A stretch of 64,000 nt of DNA from Cyanophora paradoxa CCMP329. Lineage: Eukaryota > Plantae > Glaucophyta. The stretch lies in the NCBI GenBank assembly GCA_004431415.1, contig QPMI01000435.1, forward strand, positions 186,001 through 250,000, given 5' to 3'. The notes beneath the pieces are model-generated. The model saw only the letters and a list, made by a program, of their open reading frames with translations, made no database searches and was not told the DNA's origin. Positions 35,684-47,800 of the stretch are shown piece by piece (position 1 is the stretch's first letter; each line of letters opens with the position of its first letter). The position numbers and the translations under genes are program-made.

Positions 35684-38600
35684 CTAGACGGAGAGGAGCT
35701 GGTCGGTCGCCTCGTCCCCGGGCGCCGCGGCCGAGAAGATGCTCCGCCGCTTCGCCGCGGCCCCTGGCACCCCCGGGGGGTCAGCGTGCGTAGGACCGAG
35801 GAGGCGGGCGTCCACAAACGCACCGGGGCCGAAGCCGAGGCTGGAGAGCGCGTCCTGCAGGGCGGCTGCGATGCTGGAGCGCCGGCGCGAGGGGCGCCGC
35901 GAGGCCGACGCCGACCGGGGCCCCGGCGAGGAGGAGGCGGGGGCGCCGGGGGCCCCCGCCCCGCGCTCCTCCTCGCCCCCGGGCTCGTCGCCCGAGGAGG
36001 CGGCGTAGAGGGCCACCGCCGAGCCGCGCCGCGACGAGTGCGCCGTCGGCGTGCGCGCCCGCCGCTGCGCCCGCCGCGTCGGCCGCCGGGCTCCGACGGG
36101 CGCCGCCCCGCCTGCTCCGCCGCCAGCGCCCCCTCCGCGTGCTCCGCGTTCCGCAAGGAGGCGTCCGACTGGCGCCGGCGGAGGAGCCCGGGCGCGAGGG
36201 GCTGCGGCCGGGGCCGGGGCCGGGGGCGGGGGCCTCGGGCGGGCCCCGCTCGGCGAGGCGGAGGCTGTGGCGGACGGAGTTGGCGAGGGAGGCGGCGACG
36301 CCGCGCGCCTCGCCGGGCTCCGAGGAGGCCGGCGGCGTGCCCCGCGAGTCCCCCGAGCGCAGCGAGTGCGGGCTCCGGTTCGTCGAGCCCGAGTCCCCCT
36401 GCAGCTGCAGCGAGCCCGGCGGCGAGAGCCAGGCCGCCCCGGGCGAGAAGACCGGCGGGGGCGGCCGACCCGCCCCCGAGGCCGAGGCCGAGGCGACCAC
36501 CGTGCTGGCCCTCGCGGCCGAGTGCGGGGGCGAGGGGCGCTGCGAGGCGCCCGGCGAGGCGTGCGGGGGTTGGCCCAGCAGCGCCCGCCAGTGGCCCATG
36601 TTCGCCTGCGCCCGCTGCGCGACCGTCGACGTCGGCGAGGCTGCAGCGCGCCCCGGCGGCGGGGCCCCGCACCTCGACGAGGGGGCGGGCGGCCGGGAAG
36701 CGCGACGCCCAGGCCTGGAAGAGGGGTACGGCGATGAAGGACGCGAACCCCGCCTGCGAAAGGGAGGGAGGGGTACAGTCGGCGAGGACAGGGATGCAAG
36801 GCGGGGGGCGGGGGGCGGGGGGGGTCGGACGGAGGTGGCGGCGACGGAGCCGGAGGTGCGGTCGCAGAACTGGCTGAGGGGCAGCCCGGCGCGCCGCTCC
36901 TCGTCGCCCTGCCGGTAGAACTCCTCGTTCACGCGCGTGCACCACTCCACCTGCGCCATCGAACCTCAGGGCCCCCGGGGCCGCCCGGTGGGGGGTACAG
37001 CGCGCGCACGTGCTGCTGGAGCGGCCGCGCGGCGTTGCTGCGGGCGCGCGGGGGGGGGGGGGGGGGGTGAGCCGCCCGCATCCAAGCGGCGCGACGAACG
37101 GGTTGGAAAGGGGGTGCAGGGTTCGTTTACCTGATGTCCGCGATCTGAGGCGCGGTCAGGGCCCCGCACACTCTTTCCCCATATCGAGGGAGGGCACCTT
37201 GAGAGCCGTGACGAGGAAGAGGGTGCGGTCCTCGGGCGAGAAGGGTCCGGCCCCCCGGGGGGAGAGAGGATCCCACTCCTCCCCCTCCTGGCTCCCCGGC
37301 GACGTGACGGCCGTACCCCTGCGAAGGGTACGCGGTATCAGGCGGCCGGCCGCGGGCGGAGGCGGAGGCGGGCCGGGCGCCGCACTGGCGCTGCCGCGAG
37401 AGCCGCACGCCGCCGCCGCTACCGCCGCCGCCCCGGGCGGCCCCGAGCGTGCTTGCGAGGACGCGTGCCTGCCCCCGGGGCGGGTCAGCGCCCCGCCGGC
37501 ACGCCCGAGCTCGCTGGCGCCCCCGGCGGGCCGGCCTCCCCGGTCACCTTGAAGTCCCCGAGGCGCTGCAGAGGAAGCGGCGTCGGCGGACAGGAGGGCC
37601 AGGGGAGGCGGGGGGTGCATGATCCCACCTTGAAGTGCTTCGCCATGTCCGTCCCCAGGACCATGTCGATGACGAGGCGGCGGAAGTCGGAGCGCTGCGC
37701 CGCCGGCGTCGGGCCCGTCAGCGCGCTCATCCGGGGGGGGATGAAAGCGGACAGGCGCGCCCGCTCGCGGTTGAGGTGGGAGACGAAGTTCTTGCCCGGG
37801 TCGCGCAGCACTGCAAAGGACCACGTGAGCGAGTTGTTCTCGAGGACGCTGTGCCCCGCGCCCCGGGAATCAGCGGCGGCGCAGCGGGCGGCGCCGGCGC
37901 AGCGGCGGGAAGCGCGCCTGCGGTCGTTGTAGAGGAGCGCGAGCTCGCTCTCCGTCGCGATCTCGAAGCCGCTGCGGGGCGCGCCGGGGCCTCAGGGCCG
38001 GCCGGAGGCGGAAGCGGCGCGGGGGGGAGGGGCGAGCCGCACTTGCTCCTGCCGGCGTGGCCCACGTCGTGGATGATCGCCGAGACCTGCCGCCCGGTGA
38101 GGAGGGCGGGCGACCGGGGGACGGGCGTAGGGGGGTACACGCACCACGGCCGCGAGGACGTCGTTCGGGTGCACGCGCTCCGGGATGCCGCCGCACTGGA
38201 CCAGGAAGACCAGTGCCTGCGCGGCGGTTCGGGGGTACAGCGGGGATTCGTGGCGTGGGGGGTACGGGTGCGGGCCTGCAGGACGTCCGCAGCGTGGATC
38301 GCGGAGTGGTAGGGCTGCCGCGAGCGCGGGGTTTGCAAGGCCGCAGGGGGGTACGGGGATGCGGCGGCCTGCGCACGACTTTCTGGTACCCCGCCTCGAC
38401 GGCGGCGACGAAGGCGCGGAACTTGGCGGGGTCTACCCCGGAAGCCTCCAGGATGCGGTACCGGTCCGCCAGGTGCGTCCTGCGCGGCGCCGGTCGGGCG
38501 GCGAATCGAAGAGTCGGGAGCGGCGCCGCCGGCGGCTCGGGGCGCACGCGAGGAGCTCGAGGGGCCTGCCCCCCGCCGCCTGCTCCAGCTGCGGGGTACG

Positions 38601-41447
38601 GATGAGGAGGGGCGGGGCGGCGGCGGGGCGGGGCTGGCGGGGCGGGGCGCCTTGAGGCAGTCGAAGGCCTCCCAGGAGGGGCGGCAGGCGGCGGCGAGCG
38701 CCTCCTTCAGCGCGTCCGACAGCGCGTCCGCCACCGCGCGCCCCGGCCCCCCGCCCGCCCCGGCCGCAGCGGCGGCCGCCGCGGCGGAGAAGGAGCGGGA
38801 GCTGTTGAAGGGGAGGGGCCGCTTGATCGACGCCGAGCGCAGCAGCATGCGCGCCGGGGCCGCCCCCTGCGCACATCCCGCCCGCTCAGCGCGGGGGCAC
38901 GCGGGGGCGGGGGGGGGCGGGGCGGGCCTGGGCGCCCATGTAGTCCTGGAAGGAGCGCAGGATCTCCCCGCTCTCGCCGCTCGCCGCCGCCGCCTCGATC
39001 GCCCCCTGCGCCCCGCCCCCGCGCCCCTCCTCGGCAACCGGCCGCGGCCGCGCGGAAGGGGCACCCCCGCACCTCCGCCGGGTCCTCAGTCGCCTCGTAG
39101 AACGTGAGGAGGTGCCTGAGGTTCAGGGGTACGCAATATTCAGAGGGGTGGGCCGGCGTCGGGGCAGCCGGGCGGGGCACCGAAGGGCCGCCGCGACGCT
39201 CGCGGCGTGGACGATGCTGGCCACTGGGGTTCCGAATCACGCGGGGGGAAAGGGGCCGCGCGGGGACTCGAACCGTTGACGAGCTCGTCGAAGAGGCGGG
39301 CGAGGAGGTCGATGGCGGAGGCGAGCGGCGAGTCGATCTCCATCGCCGACGACACGTACCGGAACGACTGCGCCGAGAGTCGGCGGCGCGCCCATACACA
39401 CCGAAAGGGGTTCGCGCGGGACTCGAACCTCGATCTCGTCGACGAGGGGGGCGAACTCCTCGCGGAACTGGCGCACCTCGGCCGAGGCGTCCCCCGTCCG
39501 CAGGAAGAGCTGCGGGAGGGGGTACGGCTCAGCGGTTTGCGCAAAAAGTAGAGGGGGGGGGGGGGGGGGGGGTACCTCGCGAGCGTCGGCCTCGGACTGA
39601 GCGGCGGCGGCGGCGGCGGCGGCGGTGGCAGCGAGGCACACGGGCAGGGCGATGCCTGAGGGGGCGAAGGCTCCTCAGCGAAGTCAGGGAGCAGGGCTAG
39701 GTGGGGCGGGGCGGACCGATCTCCCAGGCCCGCGCCGGCTCCGAGGTGCTCTGCTCCGGATACAGCGATTCAGCCCCCGCAGAACCGCCGCGGTAGGGGT
39801 ACGGGCGCTCACGGAGGCGGCGAGGGCGGCGGCGAGGAGTATCCCGATGCCGTTGACGGCCAGCACCTGCGCGGGGTATGGCGATCAGCGTGGCGGGGCC
39901 GACAGGGCGGGGCGGGGCGGGGCGGGCCTGGCGGGAGCGGAGGGGTACGACGGAGGCGGAGAAGAGGGGGCCGGCAGCGAGGGCCACCAACAGGCACGAG
40001 GGCAGCTCGAGGAGCTGCGCGCGCCCAACGTCGGCGTCGGCGTCGGCGTCGGCCGGCGGGTCGGCGGCGGCGGCGGCGCTCTGCGCACCCGGGCCACGAA
40101 GAAGGCGACTCCGTAGAGCGCGGGGATGGCGACGAAGGCGACGGCCTGCAAGCCGCCGCTCACACAAGGCGGGGCGGGGCGGGGCGGGGCGGGGCGGGGC
40201 GGGGCGCGCGCCTGCCAGTGGCGCCGGAGGAGGGACGCCTCGCCCCGCGGGAGGAGGGCGAAGGCGAGGGCGGCGCCGGCGGCGGCGCCGGCGGCGAGGG
40301 CGCCGGCGAGCGGCGCGAGGCGGCCGGCCCCGGGGGCGGCCCGAGGGCCCCGCCCAGACGGCGAGGGCCAGCAGCGCGGCTGGCGCGCCGGCGGTCAGGC
40401 AGGCGGCGAGGGGCCGGGCCCGGAAAGGCCGTAGCGCACCCGCGGCGAGGAGGGGCACGGCCGCGTAGCCGGCGGCGCGCCTGCGGCGGGTACCGGTCAG
40501 GCGGGGCGGCGCGGGGCGGAGGTCGGGCGGGGCGGGACGGGGGCAGACCGCGCGCGCGCAGCGCGGGTTCGGTTCCAATGGGAGAGGAATGCCACCTCTA
40601 CGGCGCTGCTGCTGAAGCGGCGCGGGGCCGGCGCGGCCGGCCCGCCCGGCGGCGACTTCGGGCTCCCGCCGGGCACGTCGCCTTGGGACAGCGCCGGCTC
40701 CTCGGGGCGGGGCTGGGCGAACGGGGACAGGGGCGCAGCCGGCGGGGGCAGGGGGAAGGCGTGCGGGGACAAGGGGCGGGGGCTGGGGTCGAGCGGCTCG
40801 CCGGTGGGGTGCACGCGGTTCAGGGGGAGGGGCGAGACGGGGCGGAGCAGGGGCGAGAGGGGGCGCAGCAGGGGCGAGAGGTTGCGGAGCAGGGGCGAGC
40901 GGACGGGCGCCAGGGACGGGGAGGCCGGGCCCTTAAGAGGGGAGGAGGCGGGGCCCGGGCCCGGGCGGCGCGCGGAGGCGGGGTCGGAGGCGGCGGCGGG
41001 GTCGGCCGGGGCGGGGCGGGGAGGGAGATGCGGGGGTGGCGGCGGCGGAGGCCGACACGGGGCCGGCGTGCCCCGCCATGGCAGAGAGCGAGGGGGGGCC
41101 ACCGCCCCGCGAAGCCGGCCACCTCCCCGCCTCCGTGTGCGCCGGCAGCAGCGCCGGCGCGGCGGCCGCCACGGGGCGCTCCCCCGCGGGCTCTCGTTCG
41201 AGCGCCCCGAGACGGGTGGCGAGGGCCGCGCCGGGCCCCGCCGCGGCCTGCGTCGCCCGGGTCGCCCGGCGGTGGCGGCCGCGGCGAAGGCTCGGGCCCG
41301 GGCGGGCCGTCCGTCTCGTCCAGCGCTGCGCGCGCGGCCCGAGATGAGCGCCAAGCTCTCTAAGCCGTCGGCGCGGCGGATCGTACCGCGCAAGCGCGAT
41401 GCCCGCGCCTTCGAATTCGCGCCGGCACCACCCCCGGCCGCGGCCAT
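35684..41447 (-). CDS. Class I 3',5'-cyclic nucleotide phosphodiesterase with N-terminal hydrophobic/TM region
   Basis: PYHSAIHAADVLQ, AIIHDVGHAGRSN, SELALLYND, SVLEN, VLGTDMAKHF, IADISNAARP, EEFYRQGDEE and PLSQFCDR. Several hydrophobic segments at ~39800-40470. Confidence 0.92.
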
Positions 41448-42790
41448 CTGCAATTGCCGGCCGCGCCCGCGGCTGCAAGATGCTTTGCGCTCTGCTCTAT
41501 GCGGCCACTTTGCGAAGCGAGCGAGGCTCAACAGCTGCAATCCGAAACCTCGCCGCTGTGTGCGACAACGCGACAAGGCGGGGCGAGTGCTGCTGGCGGC
41601 GGCTTCGACCGGACTCGCCGAGTCTGGAATCCCGCATGCACCCGAACTCCTGCCGCAGTGCAGCTGGTCGCGCGCGCGCGCGAACGCCGAGCAAGCTGGC
41701 GTAGAGTTTAGCGAGTTCTAGCGCTAGCATATAGCTGCAGCTGGCGGCGAGCCTGGCGCACGTTTGCAAGCCTTGAAGTTGCAACGGTGTCGTGCGCACG
41801 CACAAATATTGCGCGTGCGTGTACCGGAGGAGCAAGCCTGGCAAGCATGGGGCCGGACGCCGCCGGACTCGCGGCCGGAGTCGCCGCCGACTCGCCGGAT
41901 GGCCCGGATCCGGACGGCCCGGACTCGGGACTCGGGAGTCGGGACTCGGGACCACGTGGGCCCGCGGGGATTGAAAGGCGCCGGGCCGCCGGCGCTGTTG
42001 CTTGAATGGCTCTTTGGGGATCCGAACCCGGGCACAAAATTACACTTACTGGTACCCCAACTCCCTTGCCTGTACCCGGCGTTTTTCCTTTCTTAATCAA
42101 CATCAATTGCAGTTATATATATATAATTGCAGGCATATATATATGCGCATTCAATGATATCGATATTGTGTTTATTATATATAATTAGAGATGTATATAA
42201 ATGTATATATACGTGTTGATGATAGATTGCTTTTAATTCTTTTTTCACTTTTTTGAAAATGGTGGATTTCGATGCCGGATAATTAATTGATTATACATAT
42301 ATATAGCGAGCAAAGCTCAATCGCCCGCATGTACACATGTACATGCATTTCCAGGCCGGCGTTTCGCTGGTTGGCAGTGAACTTGGCACTTGTACCCTCT
42401 GAGCTTCCGGCGCGTGTCAAAACTAACAACGCAGCGGGCGACCAGCGTCCGAGCATTTCTGCTGTCGCCACTCATTAGCCTAGCAGCGCACATCCGCACC
42501 CGGCATCTGCGGCGTCGCCTCGCCCAACAGCGTTGAACAGCCGGAAAGTTGCCCCAGCCGATAAACAGTTAAGAGCCCAGGTGGCCCAGCTCCCCCGGTG
42601 CTCCGGCAGCGCGCAGTGGGCGATCCACGGCGTTTTTGTTTCGTTTGTCTCGTCGTTCCCGCGGCCCCGCGGCAGCCAGCGGCTTCCCCCATCAGAGCAC
42701 CGTAGCCCGGCTGCGTTTCCGGCCCGCCAGTAGCAATGGTGCTCCGTGTTCTCAGAGCCGCCGTTCCAGGGCTAATGATTTTGCTTCCAG

Positions 42791-44408
42791 GGCGGAGCCT
42801 TGTCTGGAGGGAACTCTCGCAGAAGAGGCTCGGGCATAGCAAGCTTCGGGAGGCGTGGCTCGGTCGCCAACGGCGAAGGGGCCTACGCCGACTCCGACGA
42901 AGGAGCCTGGGACGAGAGTTCCATGCACGGGGTGCAACGGAATCGTAGTCACTCCGTGCAGCCCATGGTGCAAGTGAAGGGCCGGCCCCTCGTCGGGCCA
43001 CCGCTCGAGGGCGCGGATGCGAAGCAGCGCCAGTCCTTCATCAAGAAGGCCGGCAAGCCGTCACGCGTGCAGCCGCACCCGCACCCACAGCCGTCGCCGC
43101 CGGCGAGCCGCGGGTCGGGAGACGCGCGGGGATTCCGCTCGCTGCCGAGGCTGGAGGTGACGGGCGACGCGTTCGGGCCCTCGCCGCTGGCGGACCCGGC
43201 CTCGCTGACGTCCTCGTCGGGCCTGCCGTCGCCCCTCTCGCCGGCCCACGGCCAGGGGCACGGCGGCCTCGGCGCCATGCTCGAGCCGCCCCCGCGCGGC
43301 GAGCGCTCCCGCTCCCTCCCCGGCATCCCGGGCCTCCACCCGCCCCTCCTCGCCCCGCCGCCGGCCCGCGACCGCTCCCGCTCCCTCCCCCTCAACGTCA
43401 TCCTGGAGACTGCCGGCGGGCACCACCCCGGCCCCGAGCTCGCCGCCTGCGCCGAGCTCTCCCCGGGCCCCGAGCCGGCCGACCCGACCTTTGCCTGGGC
43501 CGGCCCCCCCTCGCCCCACCCCGCGCCGGCGCCCCCGCCCCGCCGTCCTCGCCCCGCCCTCCCCCAAGACGCCGCCAAGGCCCCCGCCCCGCGCCCGGCC
43601 GCCGCACGGCCGCCCCTCCCCCGCCCCGGCGGGCGTGGCTCCCAGCGGCCGGCGGGGCTCGGCTGCGGCGGCGCTGCCGGCGGCGAGGCGGCCGGCGGGG
43701 CGGCGATGGCTGCGGGGCTGGAGCACCGGCGGGGCTCGGCGCCGGCGCTGGGCCCGACGGCGGCGATGGCGGCGGCGGAGGAGCAGGCGTACCGGGAGCT
43801 GGCCGAGTTTCTGGGCGAGGCCGAGGGCGAGTTCGCCGAGGAGCTCGACGAGGAGGAGGAGGTGCCCCCGCCCCCGCCCCCGCCCCCGCCCCCGCGCCCC
43901 GGGAGCGGCGGCCTCCTGAGGGGCGGCGGGGGGCGCAGGACGAGGCGATCGACGAGGGGTACGACGAGGAGGAGGAGGGCCTGGACGAGGAGGAGCGGGA
44001 GCGGCGGCTGCGCGAGCTCCTCCGCTCCGTCCCCCTCAGCCGCCGCCTCGTCGCCCGCATCCTCGTGCGCCCCCGCCCCCGCCCCGGGCCCGGGCCCGGG
44101 CCCCTCCTCCGCCCTCGGCCGCCGCTGAGGCCGGCCGGCCGGCGCAGGAGTGGACCCCGAGCCCCGCCGAGTGCCGCGCGATGGCCGCCGCGATGCTGCA
44201 GGCCGGGGGCAGCCCGTCCTCCGGCCCCCGCTCTCCGCCCAGGGCCCCCAGAGCGCCGCCCCCCGGTGAGCGGCCGGCCGCCTCCCCCGCGCCCCGCCGC
44301 GCCCGCGCTGAGCGGCGGCGCGCAGGTCGTCCCCCGTCCCCGGAGGCCTCCAGTCCCTCATCGGCGTGCAGCCCGCCTGGAGGCCGGCCGCCTGACCCCG
44401 TCAAGTAG
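42791..44408 (+). CDS. Hypothetical intrinsically disordered Ser/Pro/Arg-rich protein with acidic block
   Basis: Long open exon (SGGNSRRRGSGIASFGRRGSV..RSRSLP..RRGSAP..AYRELAEFLGEAEGEFAEELDEEEE) with strongly GC3-biased codons and plausible downstream exons. Upstream exons unresolved. Confidence 0.55.
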
Positions 44409-44847
44409 ACCTTCCCCCGTCTTCAACAGACCCTTTCCCCGTCTTTAAGTAGAGCTACCCCCTGCTTTCAACTTTCGAGGCATGTAGTCAACATGCGGAC
44501 ACTTGTAGTCCATCGACTGTTGGAGACAGATGTCCAGCCAACCTATTTTAGATTTACAGTTATTCTTTACCTTTGCGTATGAATGGCCGCACTTGGACGT
44601 GCTTTTCCCGCGGCTGCCTATTCGATTTTGGTTGTCATTGCATCGTTTACGGTATGATTTATTCGTAGTTGTTTCTTTAACGAATTTCTGCGCATTCAGC
44701 TGATGCTGCTTACTTGCCTAAGTTGCCATGCGATTGTCCAGTGAGCAAGTCACACTAAGTGGGCGAGCCCACTGGGCCGGGCGGCCAGCCGATCAATCGA
44801 TATCGATATCTGATGAGCGCGGGGGCGCGGGAGCCACTGGGCCAACG

Positions 44848-47800
44848 ATGCAAGACGCTGCAGCTGCGGCTGTCTTGCGAAGGAAGACGAAGAAAGACCG
44901 CACGCGCACGCGCCGCGCGGGCGCCAAGCTTGCCGACGTCCCGTACACGAGCATTTGTTCGTGTACCTCCCCCCACCAGTTTCTGAGTTTCACTGTTTCA
45001 CTGCTCCAGTCTTACCTGGCCAGCTGCCAGCCCGCAAGCAGCTTCAAGGCTCCAAGCTTAGCGCTAAGCATCGAGCGTGATGCTGGCCAACTAGTCGAGT
45101 CGCTGCGTCAGACGTGCAGCACAATGCCGCCGAAGAACGCGCCTCCTCTTACGGTGCTGGAGACATGCACGGAGGAGGACGGAGCGGAAGACGGCGAGGA
45201 TGGTCAGCGCGTGGAGGAGCCTCAGACGTTCGAGTCGCGGTGCGTGGTCAAGATCGTCCCTTCACCCAGCCGCATCCTCCGCCCTTAGCGCGCTCTGCAG
45301 GATGCGCTCATCGCTTATGCGAGCGGTGGACGTGGGCTCCCGGCTCGCGGAAGCTCCAGCCGCTGAGCTGAGGATCAACGCGACGAAGATTCGAGGTCTG
45401 GGCAAGCGGCTCCGCGAGCTGGCGACCTTTGCGAGTGCGTACGCGCGGCGCTCCGAGGCGCAGCAAGTCCCGGTGGCGGACGCCCCGCCGACACGGATCG
45501 TGCCGGCCCGCAGATGAGAGGGCAGAGGTGACCAACGCGCACGCAAGGGTGCCGCGGACCGTCAGCTACCAGCGGGCGCTCTTCTTCTTGAGGTCTGCGA
45601 CCGCTGCGGCTGAGGAGCTGCTCCTGCGGAGCAGCTGGCAGTGGCACCGGACTCTCCTGCAAAGCGGCACGGACCTGAAGGTGACCGGCCGCTCGCCTGC
45701 CCCGCGTGCCGACTCTGCCAAGCTGAAAGCGTGTGCAGCTATTCGAACGCGTGCACCAGACACTGGACCGGGCGGTGCGCGACCTGGCGGCGGTCCTTGA
45801 CGCGTCAAGCTGCGCGGAGGACCTGGCGGTGCGCGGGCCTGCCGCCGGCGCCGCCCCGCCCTGCCCCGCGCCCGGCGCCGACGTTGCGCAGGCGCTGGCG
45901 ACACACGCGCTGCGGGAGGAGGAGGAGGCGGACCGGGAGCACGCGCAGGGGCGCATCGGGGCGCTCGTCTCCTCCTCGCACGCCATGCAGGCCTTCCTCT
46001 CCGAAATGGTGCCCCCCGCCCCCGCCTCCCGCGTCGCCGCCGACGCCGCCGACGCCGACGCCGGCGCAGGCCGCGGACGCGTACGAGCTGAGCGAGGCGG
46101 TCACGGACGTCCGGGCGCAGCGCGAGGCGCTCCTCGCGGCCGCCGCCGCCGTGCTGGCCGCCGCGCGCAAGGGGCGCTCCCTCTTCTCGTGGCGCGGGGG
46201 CAAGGGCAGCGGCAAGATGCTTGCGCCCCCATCGCCGGGCGGGCGGCGGCGGTCGGCCTCGCTGGGCTGCGCCCTGGACGAGGAGCCCGAGGCGAGCGGG
46301 CGGGACGGCAGCGGCAGCGGCGACGAGGAGGGCAGCGGGGCGGGCGGCAGCGATGACGGGGCCGAGGCGCCGCCGGCCGGCGCGCAGGAGGCCGCGGGGT
46401 CGGACGGGGAGGAGGGGGCGGCGCGCCCCGCCCCGCCCCTGAGCGTGGAGGCGGGGGAGGCGGAGGAGCGGGCGGCGAAGGGGCACGCGGGCCTGCTCTC
46501 GACGCTGGAGCGGGTGCTGACGGGCCACCTCGCCCTCTCCAAGGGCCTACTGCTGCCCGACTCGACGCACAGCATGGCCCGGCCCCGCAACGAGGCCTCC
46601 AGCGTCATGGGCCGCCTCCGCCGCGCCCTCGGCGGCGGCGGCGGCGGCGGCGGCGGCTCGGCCCGCCCCGCCCGCCACGGGCCCTCCGCCTCTATGGACC
46701 TCTCCCGTGTCCTCCTCGCCTCGCCGGCGCCCCCGCCCCGCCCCTCCACCGCGCCCCACGCGCCCCCGGCCGCCCTCCAGATCCCGCTTCCCGCCCCCGC
46801 GCCCGAGACCTCCGCCCCCTCCTCCTCGTCCACCGCCGCTGCCCCGTCGACGCCCTCGGGGACCTCCTCGCCGGCCCCCGGGGCCCCCTACCAGGCCGGC
46901 GCCATGAAGAAGAGCGTCTCCCTCCCCGCCTCCCTCAGCGACCGCCTCAAGGCCAAGGCGCCCCACGGCCCTCCCCCCTTCCCCTTTCCTCCCCGTCTGA
47001 CGCGCCGACCGCAGTTCCGGACGTCGATCTCGTCGCAGCACCGGACCTTCGTGGTGGACCGGGGCTGGGCCGGCCCGGGGGCGGGCCAGGAGGAGATCCC
47101 CCCGGAGGGCGGCTCGGTCACGGTCGGCAGCATCGCCACCGCCCTCGCCCTCGCCCGCCCCGGCGACACCGTCCTCATCCACGTGCCCCGCCCAGTCACC
47201 CCGCCTCGAAGCGCCGCCGGCGCCTTCCTCAGGGCTCTGACGGGCGGGGCGGGGCGGGGCGGGCAGCCCGGGGTGTACCGGGAGTCGCTGCGGGTGGAGC
47301 GGGGGGTGACGGTGCGGGGCGTCGGGGCCCCCCAGCAGATCGTCATCGAATCCGAGGACGGGCCCGGCGCGCCCCGCCCCGCCCCGCCAACGCGCCGCCC
47401 CTCTGAACCGTTCCCCTCGCTCCCGCGCAGCCGTCACCTTCTGCGGCCCCGCCGCGGCGCCCCTCCCGGAGGCCGCGCTGCCGGCGCCCGGGCCCCCGGC
47501 GCCCCCGCCGCGGCCGCCCACGCCGACTGGCCGCCCCCCAACGCCGACGGGCCGCGGGGGCGGCGGCCTCGCCCCGGGGCGCCCCGCGAGCCCGCGGGCC
47601 TCCCCGACTACGGGGCCGGCTGCGGACGGCCCGGCGCCGGGCCTCCTGCCGGCCGCGCGCGTGGGGGCGGGCTCGCTGGACGCGCCCCGGCCCGCCGACC
47701 TGGCCACCATGACCCTCGTCGGGCTCACCCTCCGCCAGGCCCGCCCCCCCGCGCCTCAGCCGCCGCCGCCACGCCGCGGGGCCCGAATCTTGCGCTCGGC

